DNA of 44,429 nt from a virus (taxonomy: Duplodnaviria > Caudoviricetes), in the IMG/VR virus record IMGVR_UViG_3300038556_000031, positions 1 to 44,429 of that record; one strand, 5' to 3'. Position 1 is the stretch's first letter. Each line of letters opens with the position of its first letter. Made by a program: the position numbers and the translations under genes. The notes below the pieces were generated by a model. It was not told the origin of the DNA, did not search any database, and saw only the letters and a list, made by a program, of their open reading frames with translations. Below, one piece after another: positions 1 through 9,900 of this stretch.

Positions 1-927
1 TTAAACGATCTTTTGCACCCAGGCTAAAACGATGTACGGCGGGCGGTTTTCGACGCTTCTATTATTTCCGGCAGTGCTGGTATTTTTTGTAGAAACTTTT
101 GAAGTTCCGCCCCGGCCCCCGAGATTGCCCCCGGCGTTGCCGTCGTTTCGGGCCTCGTCGGTGTAGCTGTGAGAGTGGCTAGGCATTTGCTCAATAGTCA
201 ACGAATACCAATCCAAACCCCCTTTGTTGCCTACCTTGCCGTAGTTGTAGTAAAACTGCCCGGTAGCGTCACCTAATGCGCCATCTGTACCGCTGTCGTA
301 GCCGACAACAAAACGGCGGCGTAAATCTACCGTGCCGTTCCGCCCGTCGGCCAGTGCCCAGCCTGTTAGCTTGCCTTTGCCTAGCCCGGTGTTTGCGTCA
401 ATCAGTTCGGCTAAGACATTGCCCCCGTAGGGAAGGCAGACGCCCGCCGGGAATGCGTTTTCTTTTTTGGCTACTTCGCCCGCAAGGGCATTTAGGGCCG
501 CTTGGTCGGCTTTGGCGTTAATGCCTAACGCATCCTTTAGCCGCTTGCCGCCCGTGGCATTGGCTAGTACGATGTAGGGCGTAGCGGGCAGGGTTTGGGA
601 AAGCACGGCTTTGTATTCTACCTGCGTGGGTTTGGTGGCCCCGTCTTCATGCAGGGCGGGGGCCAAATCGGTAGGGGCGGGCAAAGTGATATAGGCCGGA
701 AAGCTGGCAACGCTGCCCGCATCCAAACGCAAAACCCGGCTATCTATGTAGACAAGCCCGGCGGAAATGTTGGCCCCGTTGCCGCTGGCGGTCATGGTTA
801 CGCCCTTCCAAATGAAATTACCCAAGTCGCCGTACATTTCCTCTAAATCCCGTATCTGATTATCTACTATTTGCAAATCATCTACGCGGCGGGGGCGGCC
901 CCCGGTCATAAGTTTATTACGTTTCAT
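1..927 (-). CDS. Tail fibre / tail-collar (baseplate-distal) protein
   Basis: FPAGVCLPYGG..GWALADGRNGTVDLRRRFVVG collar-like motif, LTIEQMPSHSH and C-terminal ENRPPYIVLAWVQK; follows baseplate genes. Confidence 0.8.
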   Translation of the reverse strand: MKRNKLMTGGRPRRVDDLQIVDNQIRDLEEMYGDLGNFIWKGVTMTASGNGANISAGLVYIDSRVLRLDAGSVASFPAYITLPAPTDLAPALHEDGATKPTQVEYKAVLSQTLPATPYIVLANATGGKRLKDALGINAKADQAALNALAGEVAKKENAFPAGVCLPYGGNVLAELIDANTGLGKGKLTGWALADGRNGTVDLRRRFVVGYDSGTDGALGDATGQFYYNYGKVGNKGGLDWYSLTIEQMPSHSHSYTDEARNDGNAGGNLGGRGGTSKVSTKNTSTAGNNRSVENRPPYIVLAWVQKIV

Positions 928-1001
928 CTTTGATTTTTAATTGGTTTTGTAATGTACATTACACTTTTACTTAGTGTCGCCGGTTACACTATGGCCGGGT
1001 G

Positions 1002-1484
1002 CTATGAAGTAACAACGGCGTAGGTAATCCCGGCGAATTTATAGCGGAGTACTGCCGCCCGTATCTGATCTGTCAGGCTGGCAAGGTCGGCGGGTATGGC
1101 TACACGGAAATTTTCAGCAAAGCCGCCCGTTTTTTCGCCCGCAAAATACAAATACCCGTAGGGCTGGCCCTCACTTGCCAGATAATCAAAATCCGGGTTT
1201 TGCCCCTCACTGGCGAAATAATCAAATTCATCCAATGCAGAGGCGTGCAAAATTAGTATCCGCTTTTGGGTCGGGTCAAACTTGCGGTTTAGCCAGTCTT
1301 GCAGGCTTAGGGTTTGGCTTGTGTATTGGGCCTCTATGGTCTTTTCAATACGGAAAGCATTAAACGCGGCTAGTAGCCATTCTACAGGCTTTAAAAGCGT
1401 TTCTATCCATGCGCTTTGTTTGTCTTTCCGTAGGAAGGGCGGCAATAGGCGGCGAACAAATAACGGTATTGAAAAATTATACAT
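1002..1484 (-). CDS. Baseplate wedge protein (tail protein I / Mu gp48-like)
   Basis: Directly downstream of baseplate J; LLPPFLR start and YKFAG end typical of this slot. Confidence 0.65.
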   Translation of the reverse strand: MYNFSIPLFVRRLLPPFLRKDKQSAWIETLLKPVEWLLAAFNAFRIEKTIEAQYTSQTLSLQDWLNRKFDPTQKRILILHASALDEFDYFASEGQNPDFDYLASEGQPYGYLYFAGEKTGGFAENFRVAIPADLASLTDQIRAAVLRYKFAGITYAVVTS

Positions 1485-1489
1485 GGCGG

Positions 1490-2293
1490 TTAGACGGTTA
1501 AGGTAATGGTACTTTCAAAATCGTTTCCCGCGCTGGTATCCTCTACCAGATAGCCCGCCGCCGTTTCGGCCAGCCGCAAAACGTCTACCGTTTCGGCCCC
1601 CTGCACTAATGTGATTGTATCAATTTCAACGTCTATAACCCCGGGCACTTTTTGCAGGGCGTCAATGATTTGATTACGGTAAACAATCCCGTCAAAGGGT
1701 AGGTTTTCCATGTAGGCGGCCATACCGTCGGCTATGCCCTGCCGGACTTCGGCATATAAATACATCGGGTCGTAATAAACCGTAGCCGTAACGCGCAATT
1801 TGTCGGCATTCAGCGAAGAAACCGAAACGGAAAGGCCCGCGGGCTTGATCTTGGTAATATAGCCGGAAAACTGGCCTACCTGTTCATTGGACAAAGCCCC
1901 GGCGGCCCCGTCGCTTTCCTGCTTGGCGACTTTCAACAAAAGGCCCCCGGCGGTTTCCTTATAGGCTACCCGCTTAATGATCTGCTTTGCTGTGTCTACT
2001 ACCGGGTAAACGGTTTTGCCATCAATTACGGCCAGTTCGTCGCCCTCCTGAAATTCCTTTGCCTTTTCGACAAACCAAAGCGGCGTGCCGTATTCCTTGC
2101 GGGTTATAATGTCGGTGATTTCGATTTTGAACGCATCGAAAAGCGTTTCAACGAAATGATGTGCAACGGCGGTAATGTGTGCCCAAAGTCGCCAGATTGC
2201 CGAGGCACTAGGAGAATTGAGGCCGGTAAGTTCCGGCCTCTTATTCTTCTCGGCAACAATCGAATTAAAGATTTCCTCTATTGTTCTTGCCAT
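1490..2293 (-). CDS. Baseplate J-like protein
   Basis: MARTIEEI..S.SAIWRLW, IKPAG, LPFDG, IIDALQKVPGVIDV motifs. Confidence 0.8.
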   Translation of the reverse strand: MARTIEEIFNSIVAEKNKRPELTGLNSPSASAIWRLWAHITAVAHHFVETLFDAFKIEITDIITRKEYGTPLWFVEKAKEFQEGDELAVIDGKTVYPVVDTAKQIIKRVAYKETAGGLLLKVAKQESDGAAGALSNEQVGQFSGYITKIKPAGLSVSVSSLNADKLRVTATVYYDPMYLYAEVRQGIADGMAAYMENLPFDGIVYRNQIIDALQKVPGVIDVEIDTITLVQGAETVDVLRLAETAAGYLVEDTSAGNDFESTITLTV

Positions 2294-2310
2294 TTTAAAA
2301 GATACTATTT

Positions 2311-5300
2311 TTAGGAGATTCTAAACAGTTTCCAGTAATTCAAATTCGTATCGCCTTCGGGGCTGCCTATGGCCTGCGGGTCGGTAATCCGTATTTGGTT
2401 TGCCACGACTGACACGGGAACGGTCGTTTTCTTCCAGTGGAACGAATCGGTATTATCCGGGGTCATGGTTACCGTTATTGCCCCTTGTGTCGGGTTGGAA
2501 GCATTGGCAGGCTGCGGGTAAACGGTCACAATGTCATTAGAGGAACGATACACAAACTCGCTGTAAATCTCTAATTCGTAGTTGCCATTTGTCAGGCCCG
2601 AAATGGTGTAATCTTCCACATTGTAGCGGCGGGTTTGCATCGCCGTTAATTTGTCGCCCGAAATAGCCGGGTTCCAATCGGTTTGACTGCGGGAAAGCTG
2701 GTAAGAGCCCGCCGGGTTTATGGTTATGCCCGTGCCCGCGTCGGTAAACTGGCCGCCGTCGCCCGCTTTGAGTGCATCGCCGTCTACAGAGGCCAGGGCA
2801 GGCCCGCCGCAATTGACCCCGATTACAAAGGTTCTCGTTCCGCTGGCGGCCTGCGTGGTAAAGCTGGCTACGTTGGAATTTGGAGAAACCCCGGCAGCGT
2901 TGCCCGCCCGAACTCTTACGTAATAGGTAGTAGAGGCAGAAAGGCCGCTTTGTGTCGTGCTGGTTCCCGAAACGGTCACATCGTTTACAACCTTGTTTGT
3001 AAAGCTGGTATCTGTTGCCACATCCAATTTATAGAAGTCGGCCCCGGAAACAGCCGCCCAGTCTATTGTAAACTGCCCGGCCTGTATGCCCGTAGCCGAT
3101 CCCAAAACAGGGGCCGCCGGAATGGTTGGCGTACTGCCCCCGCCGTTGCTGCCGCCGGACTGGTTACCGCCCCCGGTCGGAATGGTGATTACTGAAATGC
3201 CGCTTTCAAAAAAGCCAATATCCGCCGCGCTGCCCGAAATCGGCAAGCCTACGTTAACCCCCTGATTTAGCATGTTGGAAGTGGCGGCAGGCTTGTAAGC
3301 GGCCCGTAAGTCACTGCCCCCGGCTACCTGCGGATTTGCCAGCGTAAGCGATACGGTGGCCCCGGACGGGTTGCGTATGCCCGCTTTGGGAATAATGATT
3401 TTGTCGAATACCGCCCCGGGCATGCTTGGCATGCCGTCGCCCAAATCGTAAACGGTATTGTCGCCCGTTCTTCTGACTAACCGGAAATCGTTGTTTGTCG
3501 CTACTGGCGCAACGACGGCTACGTTTTTCATCTCAAACCCGGTCCATCCGTTATTGTTTTCGCCCGACTTGGAAACCATGTTGATAAGGTGCGGCGGCAA
3601 TACGTCGTAAACAAATACGCAATTCCAGATTTTCAGGTTTGTATAAATGTTCCGGCTGGAAAGTACAGGGGATGAACGATTGCCGAAATAAAACAGGCAA
3701 CGCATAATTTTAACATTGTCGGCCCCTATGTTTTGCGGCTTACTGTTAAAGTCGCCTACGCCCTCGTAGATATTGTTACCATCTTTGTAGTAAAAAAAGA
3801 CGTTATCCAAAATTGTGTCTGAGTTGGAAAGCTCCACGGCGGCAGCCTGTTCGGCTTTTATGTAGCTGTCACACAAAAGGAACGAATAGGTATTTGTAGG
3901 GCGGTTTTTGTTTTTCTTCTCTAGCGAATACTGGTTTTCAGTTTCGTTATTGTAGAAAGCCACACGCCAGGCGTCAACATTCCAAACCTCTACGAAAAAT
4001 TCGGGGGCACTTGTTCCGTTCCAGGTTCTTAGGCCGCCGACGCCGACAATGTTACAAATAATTGTATCCTCTATGCGGTCATAAGGCGTATTATAGTCGC
4101 CGGGAACTTCTAAATCTTCGTAAGAGGGGCCAGCTTTGAACCAATAGCCGTCGTTGTATTCGGCTGTACAGTCGGTAATAAACAAGTTGTTACCGCTGCC
4201 CCGGGCGTAAATCGTTCCGTAGTGTGAGTTGCCTTCATTGCCCCACGTATCGCCCGAAATTGGCGGCGTATAGCCTGAATTTTTCAGCGTACTATTTTTC
4301 ACACAAACAAACTCCCAGCGGTAGCGAAGTTCCAGCCCGTGCCAATACATGCGGTTAATTTCGATATTGTCAAACGTCACCCCGCGAATACTGCGTAAGA
4401 GAATAGCCCGGCGGCCCTTCTTATTGCCTTCAATGGCAAAATCAGAAAGGCAGGCATTCAGGTTTTCTACTGTCCGGCTGCCCCCGTTTTCATAAGCCAG
4501 GGCCGCCAATGACATATCATACAAGGAATTTTGTTCGTAAGTAATCTTACTTAGCCAGTTGCCTGAACCGTCTTTGCCGTAGCCCTTCAAGCTGACGCCC
4601 TGTTTTAGATTCTGGCGGCTGGTAAGCGTGGTTACGCCCTTAAAATTGATTCTGTGCCCCTGATTGGCCGTAACGGCTGCAAAGGCTTTGGATAGGGTTT
4701 TCCATGCCCCGGCCCCGGCAGAGGTTCCGGCGTTGGCGTCGTTTCCTAATGCAAAGTCTACGTAGTATTCATTGCCCGAAAGGGTAACGGTAAACACCTG
4801 AGAAACGGCCAGATTTTGCCCGTATTCGGCCCGTATGCGGTAGTCATAATTGCCCGCCGTTAAATTGGCGTCTACATAGTGGCGTACTGGTATTCTTTGG
4901 CCTACTACAAGCCCTTTACTGGTTGTTGCCGGGCTTATGGTTTTGATGGATTGCCAGTTGTTTGCACCTGCTGCCGAACGTTGGATTACATACGTTTTTT
5001 CGTCTATCTTGTCGCCGTCGTTGAAATAGATATGCACATCTTTAGAGGCTACGCCGAAAAGGTGTATTTTGGTCGGGGCGGCAATGGTCACTACTGGCGT
5101 AGTTGTCGGCGGGGCGGTAGGCGAAGCATTCACAAGGCTAGAGGCCAAAGAATCGCCCGCGGCATTGTAGGCCACAACGTAGTAATAGTAAGTCGTTCCG
5201 GCTACTACGTCCGTATCGGTTAGGGCCGTGGTAAGCTGGCCGCCGTTTGGTGAAATGTTGGCATAGGTTCCGTTTTGGCTTGTGGCTTTGAATACCCGAA

Positions 5301-5469
5301 AACCAGCCGCCCCGCTTACCGTACTCCAAGACAATACTATTTGATTTTGCCCGGCCTGCGCTTGCAATCCCGTAGGGGCAAAGGGCGGCGTACCTACAGA
5401 GGGGTTTTCAATAACGACCCCGTAGGCTTTTTCCATCGCCTTTTTATATTGATTTGCTGAATAGGACAT
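2311..5469 (-). CDS. 1052-aa multidomain protein: FN3 repeats, right-handed beta-helix, FN3, malectin-like C-terminus (putative tailspike/adhesin)
   Basis: FN3 motifs (APTGLQA..LSWS..YYYYVVAYNAAGDS; YYVRVRAGNAAGVS), YYVDFALGNDANAGT..WKTLSKA beta-helix entry, GVNCGG malectin-like start; no signal peptide. Confidence 0.7.
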   Translation of the reverse strand: MSYSANQYKKAMEKAYGVVIENPSVGTPPFAPTGLQAQAGQNQIVLSWSTVSGAAGFRVFKATSQNGTYANISPNGGQLTTALTDTDVVAGTTYYYYVVAYNAAGDSLASSLVNASPTAPPTTTPVVTIAAPTKIHLFGVASKDVHIYFNDGDKIDEKTYVIQRSAAGANNWQSIKTISPATTSKGLVVGQRIPVRHYVDANLTAGNYDYRIRAEYGQNLAVSQVFTVTLSGNEYYVDFALGNDANAGTSAGAGAWKTLSKAFAAVTANQGHRINFKGVTTLTSRQNLKQGVSLKGYGKDGSGNWLSKITYEQNSLYDMSLAALAYENGGSRTVENLNACLSDFAIEGNKKGRRAILLRSIRGVTFDNIEINRMYWHGLELRYRWEFVCVKNSTLKNSGYTPPISGDTWGNEGNSHYGTIYARGSGNNLFITDCTAEYNDGYWFKAGPSYEDLEVPGDYNTPYDRIEDTIICNIVGVGGLRTWNGTSAPEFFVEVWNVDAWRVAFYNNETENQYSLEKKNKNRPTNTYSFLLCDSYIKAEQAAAVELSNSDTILDNVFFYYKDGNNIYEGVGDFNSKPQNIGADNVKIMRCLFYFGNRSSPVLSSRNIYTNLKIWNCVFVYDVLPPHLINMVSKSGENNNGWTGFEMKNVAVVAPVATNNDFRLVRRTGDNTVYDLGDGMPSMPGAVFDKIIIPKAGIRNPSGATVSLTLANPQVAGGSDLRAAYKPAATSNMLNQGVNVGLPISGSAADIGFFESGISVITIPTGGGNQSGGSNGGGSTPTIPAAPVLGSATGIQAGQFTIDWAAVSGADFYKLDVATDTSFTNKVVNDVTVSGTSTTQSGLSASTTYYVRVRAGNAAGVSPNSNVASFTTQAASGTRTFVIGVNCGGPALASVDGDALKAGDGGQFTDAGTGITINPAGSYQLSRSQTDWNPAISGDKLTAMQTRRYNVEDYTISGLTNGNYELEIYSEFVYRSSNDIVTVYPQPANASNPTQGAITVTMTPDNTDSFHWKKTTVPVSVVANQIRITDPQAIGSPEGDTNLNYWKLFRIS

Positions 5470-5516
5470 TTTTATTTGATTTTTAATTGGGTAATGGCAC
5501 TAATTGGCAGTCAGAC

Positions 5517-5540
5517 AAGGCCCGGACAGTTCCGGGCCTT
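5517..5540. terminator. Hairpin, probable intrinsic terminator or processing site
   Basis: AAGGCCCGGA-CAGT-TCCGGGCCTT perfect stem between genes. Confidence 0.5.
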
Positions 5541-5548
5541 TGGCCTGT

Positions 5549-7957
5549 TTAGTCGTCAATTAATGGCGTGATTTGAACCGCGCAAAGGTTATTGTAAGAT
5601 GAGGCAGGAAAGCCGTAATTCTTGCCTTTGGTGGATGAAAGGCGTACCAAAAACTGCCGATCTTGTGCCCCTATCAGGGTCTTAGGCCCGCGACAAGCCC
5701 CGGTAAGGTCTACGTATGAGCCCCCGGCGGTAAACTCGCCTATAATGGCAAAAGGCACATCGGCAGCGGTGTTTTTCTTGATGATGAAAGTAATTTCAAA
5801 CGGGGCCGCTATAAAGTGATTGGGCAACTTGAAACTAAAGGCCCCGGCAACCTCAATAGCAAAACTGCACTGCAAAAGCACATCGAATTTTTCGGCTTCG
5901 GCAACGGTGGAAATGTTGGTACAGTTTATGCGCAAAACGTCGTTTGCCTGCAAGTTAAAATACGTGCCCGCCCCTTCGTTTACCGTATTGAACAAAAGCC
6001 GTGGTTTGACTTGGGCAGCCAGGGCGGCCAGTTCCGCGCTACTGGCAAAGGGGTTTAATTCAGGGGTTATTTTGACCCATCGGGTAGGAGAGCCCGCCGC
6101 GTTCCACATTTCGACCAGATAGAAACTGTTAGCCGGGCCGGATAGTTTATTTATGCCATTCAGGTAGACTATTTCAGACGGCAGCAATTCGCCAAAAACG
6201 CCGTTTACTTCCAGTTTCCAAGTTATGTACACATCGGCGGCAGTGGTTTTTTTAACGAAGAATCGAAACAGCTTGGCCCGAACGCCCGAAGTAGCCCGAA
6301 TGTTTACCGTAAGTGTGCTACTGACCGAATACAATAAAAATTCATCTGCCGCCGGGGCTACCATAGTGCTACCCATTGGCGTAGAAAGGGCCGTAGTAGT
6401 TAGTTCGTTGCCGTTTACGGTCGTGTTCACTACCTGCAAATTGCGTAGGGTAAGCCAAGCGTTTTTTAAACTGTCGGTAATCGTTGAACCAAAGGCGGAA
6501 GCCATAGAGGCCCAATCGCCGATTACAGACAAAAAGCCTTTGGGCGTAATGCTTCTATCGTTGCGAATTTCCAGCGTTTCGGCTATGGTGGCGTATTCGG
6601 TGGCCCCGGCCTGCGTTTCACTGGCTGCCGGAATGGTTACCGGGCCGCCGCCTTCGCCGCCGCCGCTTGGCACGGGTAAAAGATGTTCGCCGTAGTTAGA
6701 GGCGTTTAACTGCCGCCATTTGCCGCCCCAATATTCAAAGGTTACTGTGTCTTTTGTGGCCCCGTACAATACTAAATCCGTGCCCCCTTCCAGACTGAAA
6801 ACACTGCCCGCAACAAAGGTTAAATCTATGGCCGAATTATTGACAATCTGCAAAACCTTGCCCGAATCAAAGGCCCCGGTAATGGCGGTAATTTCCCGGC
6901 TTACTCCCGAAGCGGTAAGCGTCACTACGTCAATGCTTTCTGACCCGGTTAGGTTTATTGCCGTTGCCGAACTTCCTAAACTGCGGTTTGTGTACTGGCG
7001 GGGCGGGGTTTTGGGGTTAAAGGTTGTTGTATCAAAAAGAGTAGTTAAAATAAACTCTACCCATTCGCCCAAAACCTGCAAGGCCGTGTTTAACGTGGCC
7101 GTCGTGCCCGGTTCAAAAAAACTGTCCCAGGTGAAAGGGGAATTTGTTTTATCAACAAATACTAAACTATCATCGCCCGCGGCCAGCTTGGTAACGTAGG
7201 GGCTTAAATCTACGCTTGCGCTGGAAGTTTCCGTATCCTGCCAGTCGTTTAGCGTCACATTCCAGGCATAAATACTATTTATCGGGTCTTCGCCTTCTAT
7301 TACCGTTGTGACCGTGGCAAAGTCGCCCGGCCCGGCAGTAGGATAGGCCGCCCGTAAGGCTTCGGCAGATTGGAAATAGCCTTTGTAGTTGGAAATGTTG
7401 GGAAGTACCAGCGAAATAAGGCCGCTACCGTCGGGCAGAAACGAGGCCCCGCCGTTTACCTTAATGGCCTTTACCATAGAAGTAAGAGCCTGCGTAAGTC
7501 CGTTAATTTCGGCTATTTGGTGGGTATGGTTCAACGCCGCCCGGGTTTCGATCTTTTCTTTTACCAGTCCCAGCGGGGCGGCCTTGTCCATGCTGCCCGC
7601 TTGGTAGTCGGCATCATCGCCAAGTATGGCCCCGGCGTCGGGCTTTTTATACGTTCCGTCTTTGGCTAGAAATTCATCGGCGGCCCCGGCGGTTTCGATT
7701 ACGTTTATCTTTTGCTTTTCGGCCTGCGTAACGTATTTAGAATCTGTCCCGGCGTCGGGAATATCCGAGGTTTTTAATTGTAATGAGCCGTCAGAATTAA
7801 AATTTAAGTTGTTAATTTTTAGCATCTTAGCGAAAAAGCCAAAGATTGCCGAAAGGACAAACCGGGCGTCTTTGTCTTGCTCACTATCCGCCCCAAGCAA
7901 ACTATCTGATAGGGCGGGCGTTGCCTTTTCCTGTATTTCGGGAATTGTTACGTCCAT
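5549..7957 (-). CDS. Tail fibre-like structural protein (802 aa)
   Basis: NHTHQIAEINGL, YKGYF..L.AAYPT..GDFA and PAASETQAGATEYAT..ITPK fibre-type motifs; tail module context. Confidence 0.65.
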   Translation of the reverse strand: MDVTIPEIQEKATPALSDSLLGADSEQDKDARFVLSAIFGFFAKMLKINNLNFNSDGSLQLKTSDIPDAGTDSKYVTQAEKQKINVIETAGAADEFLAKDGTYKKPDAGAILGDDADYQAGSMDKAAPLGLVKEKIETRAALNHTHQIAEINGLTQALTSMVKAIKVNGGASFLPDGSGLISLVLPNISNYKGYFQSAEALRAAYPTAGPGDFATVTTVIEGEDPINSIYAWNVTLNDWQDTETSSASVDLSPYVTKLAAGDDSLVFVDKTNSPFTWDSFFEPGTTATLNTALQVLGEWVEFILTTLFDTTTFNPKTPPRQYTNRSLGSSATAINLTGSESIDVVTLTASGVSREITAITGAFDSGKVLQIVNNSAIDLTFVAGSVFSLEGGTDLVLYGATKDTVTFEYWGGKWRQLNASNYGEHLLPVPSGGGEGGGPVTIPAASETQAGATEYATIAETLEIRNDRSITPKGFLSVIGDWASMASAFGSTITDSLKNAWLTLRNLQVVNTTVNGNELTTTALSTPMGSTMVAPAADEFLLYSVSSTLTVNIRATSGVRAKLFRFFVKKTTAADVYITWKLEVNGVFGELLPSEIVYLNGINKLSGPANSFYLVEMWNAAGSPTRWVKITPELNPFASSAELAALAAQVKPRLLFNTVNEGAGTYFNLQANDVLRINCTNISTVAEAEKFDVLLQCSFAIEVAGAFSFKLPNHFIAAPFEITFIIKKNTAADVPFAIIGEFTAGGSYVDLTGACRGPKTLIGAQDRQFLVRLSSTKGKNYGFPASSYNNLCAVQITPLIDD

Positions 7958-8021
7958 TTTCTTGATTGATTTTTAATTGGGCTTTTGCAATGTGAAATTG
8001 TAATGCACATTACAAAAAGTA

Positions 8022-8582
8022 TTATTCTCTTATTTCGATCTTGTCCAGTTCGCGGGTCACAATGTAGCCCGAACGCTGGCCGCTGGAAGGGCGGAAAACA
8101 AGGTAGGATTTTGTAATCCGGTTAAGTATGTCTACTTTCAATTCTGCCGACTGGCCGCGGGCGTCAATGACTACCAGCGTATAAGAGCCCGGCCCGGCCC
8201 CGGTCAGGTTTTGGCTTCGGGTTACTAGCTGGCCCGTTTCATCTGTCCAGTAAAAGGCGTAATCCAGATAGCCGCCCTCTACACTGACCAGGGCGAACCC
8301 GCCTTTTCCGTCGGTGGCATTGCCTACCCTGACAAGGGACAAAAGCAATTCGCCGCCCTCTTTTCGCCCGTCGTCGGTATTGTTGATAGTCCGGCTTAGA
8401 AAGTAATCGGCGGTAACCGATAGTTTTTCTTCCCGAACGCGCAAAACCTGCCCCGACTTGATAAAGCTATCTAACTGTAGATTGTTGTCAGCCATTAGCC
8501 AGAAAACGCCCTCAATAGCCCCGTATAGCTGGTTTGCCAAATCGTAGATACTTTGCCCGTCGTGTACTGTGATTGTCTTCAT
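8022..8582 (-). CDS. LysM / tail X-like baseplate protein with C-terminal SprB-type repeat
   Basis: ITVHDGQSIYDLANQLYG (LysM); GG..Y.F.W..SQNLTGAGPGSYTLVVIDARG (SprB-like). Confidence 0.7.
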   Translation of the reverse strand: MKTITVHDGQSIYDLANQLYGAIEGVFWLMADNNLQLDSFIKSGQVLRVREEKLSVTADYFLSRTINNTDDGRKEGGELLLSLVRVGNATDGKGGFALVSVEGGYLDYAFYWTDETGQLVTRSQNLTGAGPGSYTLVVIDARGQSAELKVDILNRITKSYLVFRPSSGQRSGYIVTRELDKIEIRE

Positions 8583-8588
8583 AGGGCG

Positions 8589-8891
8589 TTATCTAATCCG
8601 TTCGGCATCTATGGAAATAGCCTGATTCTTTACCTTAATGCTGTTTACTTGGTAGCCGTCCCGTTCCAATTCGAGGCGGTAATTGCGGGCGATTTCGTCG
8701 GGCGTTGTGTTGCCGTTCAAAAACCGCATGGCCCCGACGCCTACCGTGGGATTTTGGGCGTAGTTGCCTTTTTCGGCCTGCCCGATGTGTTGCACATGTT
8801 GGGCGTCGGATTCTCCAAAATTCCAGTCGCCGAAACGAATAGAAATGTCGTTATCCTCCCCGGTTAAAATGTCTATTGCTTTTTTTGCCAT
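8589..8891 (-). CDS. Baseplate wedge protein (gp25 / Mu gp46-like)
   Basis: 100 aa, GESDAQH..KG.Y..P.VGVG..LERDG pattern, after spike gene. Confidence 0.65.
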   Translation of the reverse strand: MAKKAIDILTGEDNDISIRFGDWNFGESDAQHVQHIGQAEKGNYAQNPTVGVGAMRFLNGNTTPDEIARNYRLELERDGYQVNSIKVKNQAISIDAERIR

Positions 8892-8905
8892 CCATTTGCA
8901 GAGGT

Positions 8906-9424
8906 TTAGCCGTGAATAATGTTTGTATTTTCGATCTCGTCCCGCCCGGTTGTGTCTACCGTTTTGGTCAGTAGTTGGGACGTAATAACCCCGTTGCCCG
9001 GGTGTGTGTGTGAATTGTACTGCTGCTTGATTTCCTGTAAGGCTTCTTCTAGCTGATTGAGCCGGGCGGTTAGGGGCTCAACTTTGACAAGGCCGCCCAG
9101 GCTGCCGCCCCGAAAAATGATCTTGTCTAAATCCGAATACAAAACCACGATTGCCGCGGCCTCAAAGCCGGAAGAATCCGACAAAAAACTAATGGCTACC
9201 GTACTACCTGCCGCCGGGATGAAAACCGCCCCGGCGTCGGTATCGCTGCCCGAAAGTTTGGCCCCGTAAATGGGACTGTCGCCGTTTAACGGCTCACAAT
9301 CGCACGTAAACGCCTCATTGTCAACAGCCAGAACCTTACAAAGTAAAACAGCGTCACCCCCGACGCTGTTTTCGGCTATCCGTTGGATAGCACCCCTTAT
9401 TTTACTTTCATTTGACCCGTTCAT
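8906..9424 (-). CDS. Baseplate central spike (gpV / Mu gp45-like)
   Basis: OB-fold-like N-terminus (TCDCEP..P..GS.V), GGLVK, YNSHTH HxH metal motif. Confidence 0.75.
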   Translation of the reverse strand: MNGSNESKIRGAIQRIAENSVGGDAVLLCKVLAVDNEAFTCDCEPLNGDSPIYGAKLSGSDTDAGAVFIPAAGSTVAISFLSDSSGFEAAAIVVLYSDLDKIIFRGGSLGGLVKVEPLTARLNQLEEALQEIKQQYNSHTHPGNGVITSQLLTKTVDTTGRDEIENTNIIHG

Positions 9425-9577
9425 TAAGTGAAAAATAAACCGTGCGAAAAGCCCGGAAATGGGCGTTTTTGGTATTATTTGGAATGAGTAGGCAAGTTAT
9501 ACAGGGGCTAAATAGGCCAAGTGTAGTATTTACATAAAATGGCCCCGACCCCCTCGTATATTTTCATCTGCACCCCC

Positions 9578-9661
9578 TGCATACGACCGTATGCACCCCC
9601 TGCATACCGCTGTATGCACCCTGCATACGGGAATATGCAGCCCTGCATACAGCGGTATGCA
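9578..9661. repeat. Four palindromic 18-bp iterons TGCATAC-N4-RTATGCA
   Basis: Units at 9578-9595, 9601-9618, 9622-9639, 9644-9661; spacing 23/21/22 bp. Confidence 0.9.
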
Positions 9662-9900
9662 GCCTACGAAATTGTTCGTAGCCGCGCAAAATCCTTTTAA
9701 TCAATAAGTTAGGTATTTAGAGCAAAAAGAGAGAGGGCGGCCAAAAGGCCAAAAATTGAAAAATCCGGCTTTTAAGAAAAAAGAAAAAGAAGCAAAAAGA
9801 AAAAAGAATAGTAGTATAGTAATATTATAATATATAATTTATTTTAAAATAATAATATATATAATATAATACTATACACACAATACGCACGCGCGAAGCG
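9578..9900. other. Putative replication origin (iterons, IHF-consensus site 9699-9711, A-tract, AT-rich unwinding element ~9807-9877)
   Basis: AATCAATAAGTTA matches WATCAANNNNTTR; purine tract then nearly pure A/T stretch; no ORF of 60 aa or more in 9425-10162. Confidence 0.7.

Noticed and set aside
1-7957. Diversity-generating retroelement or invertible fibre cassette
   Set aside because: No reverse transcriptase, template/variable repeat pair or invertase seen in the window
9578-9661. CRISPR-like array
   Set aside because: Units are 18 bp with 3-5 bp gaps, no unique spacers and no cas genes
9539-9700. 53-codon ATG ORF across the iterons
   Set aside because: Peptide simply mirrors the repeats; no leader or family signal
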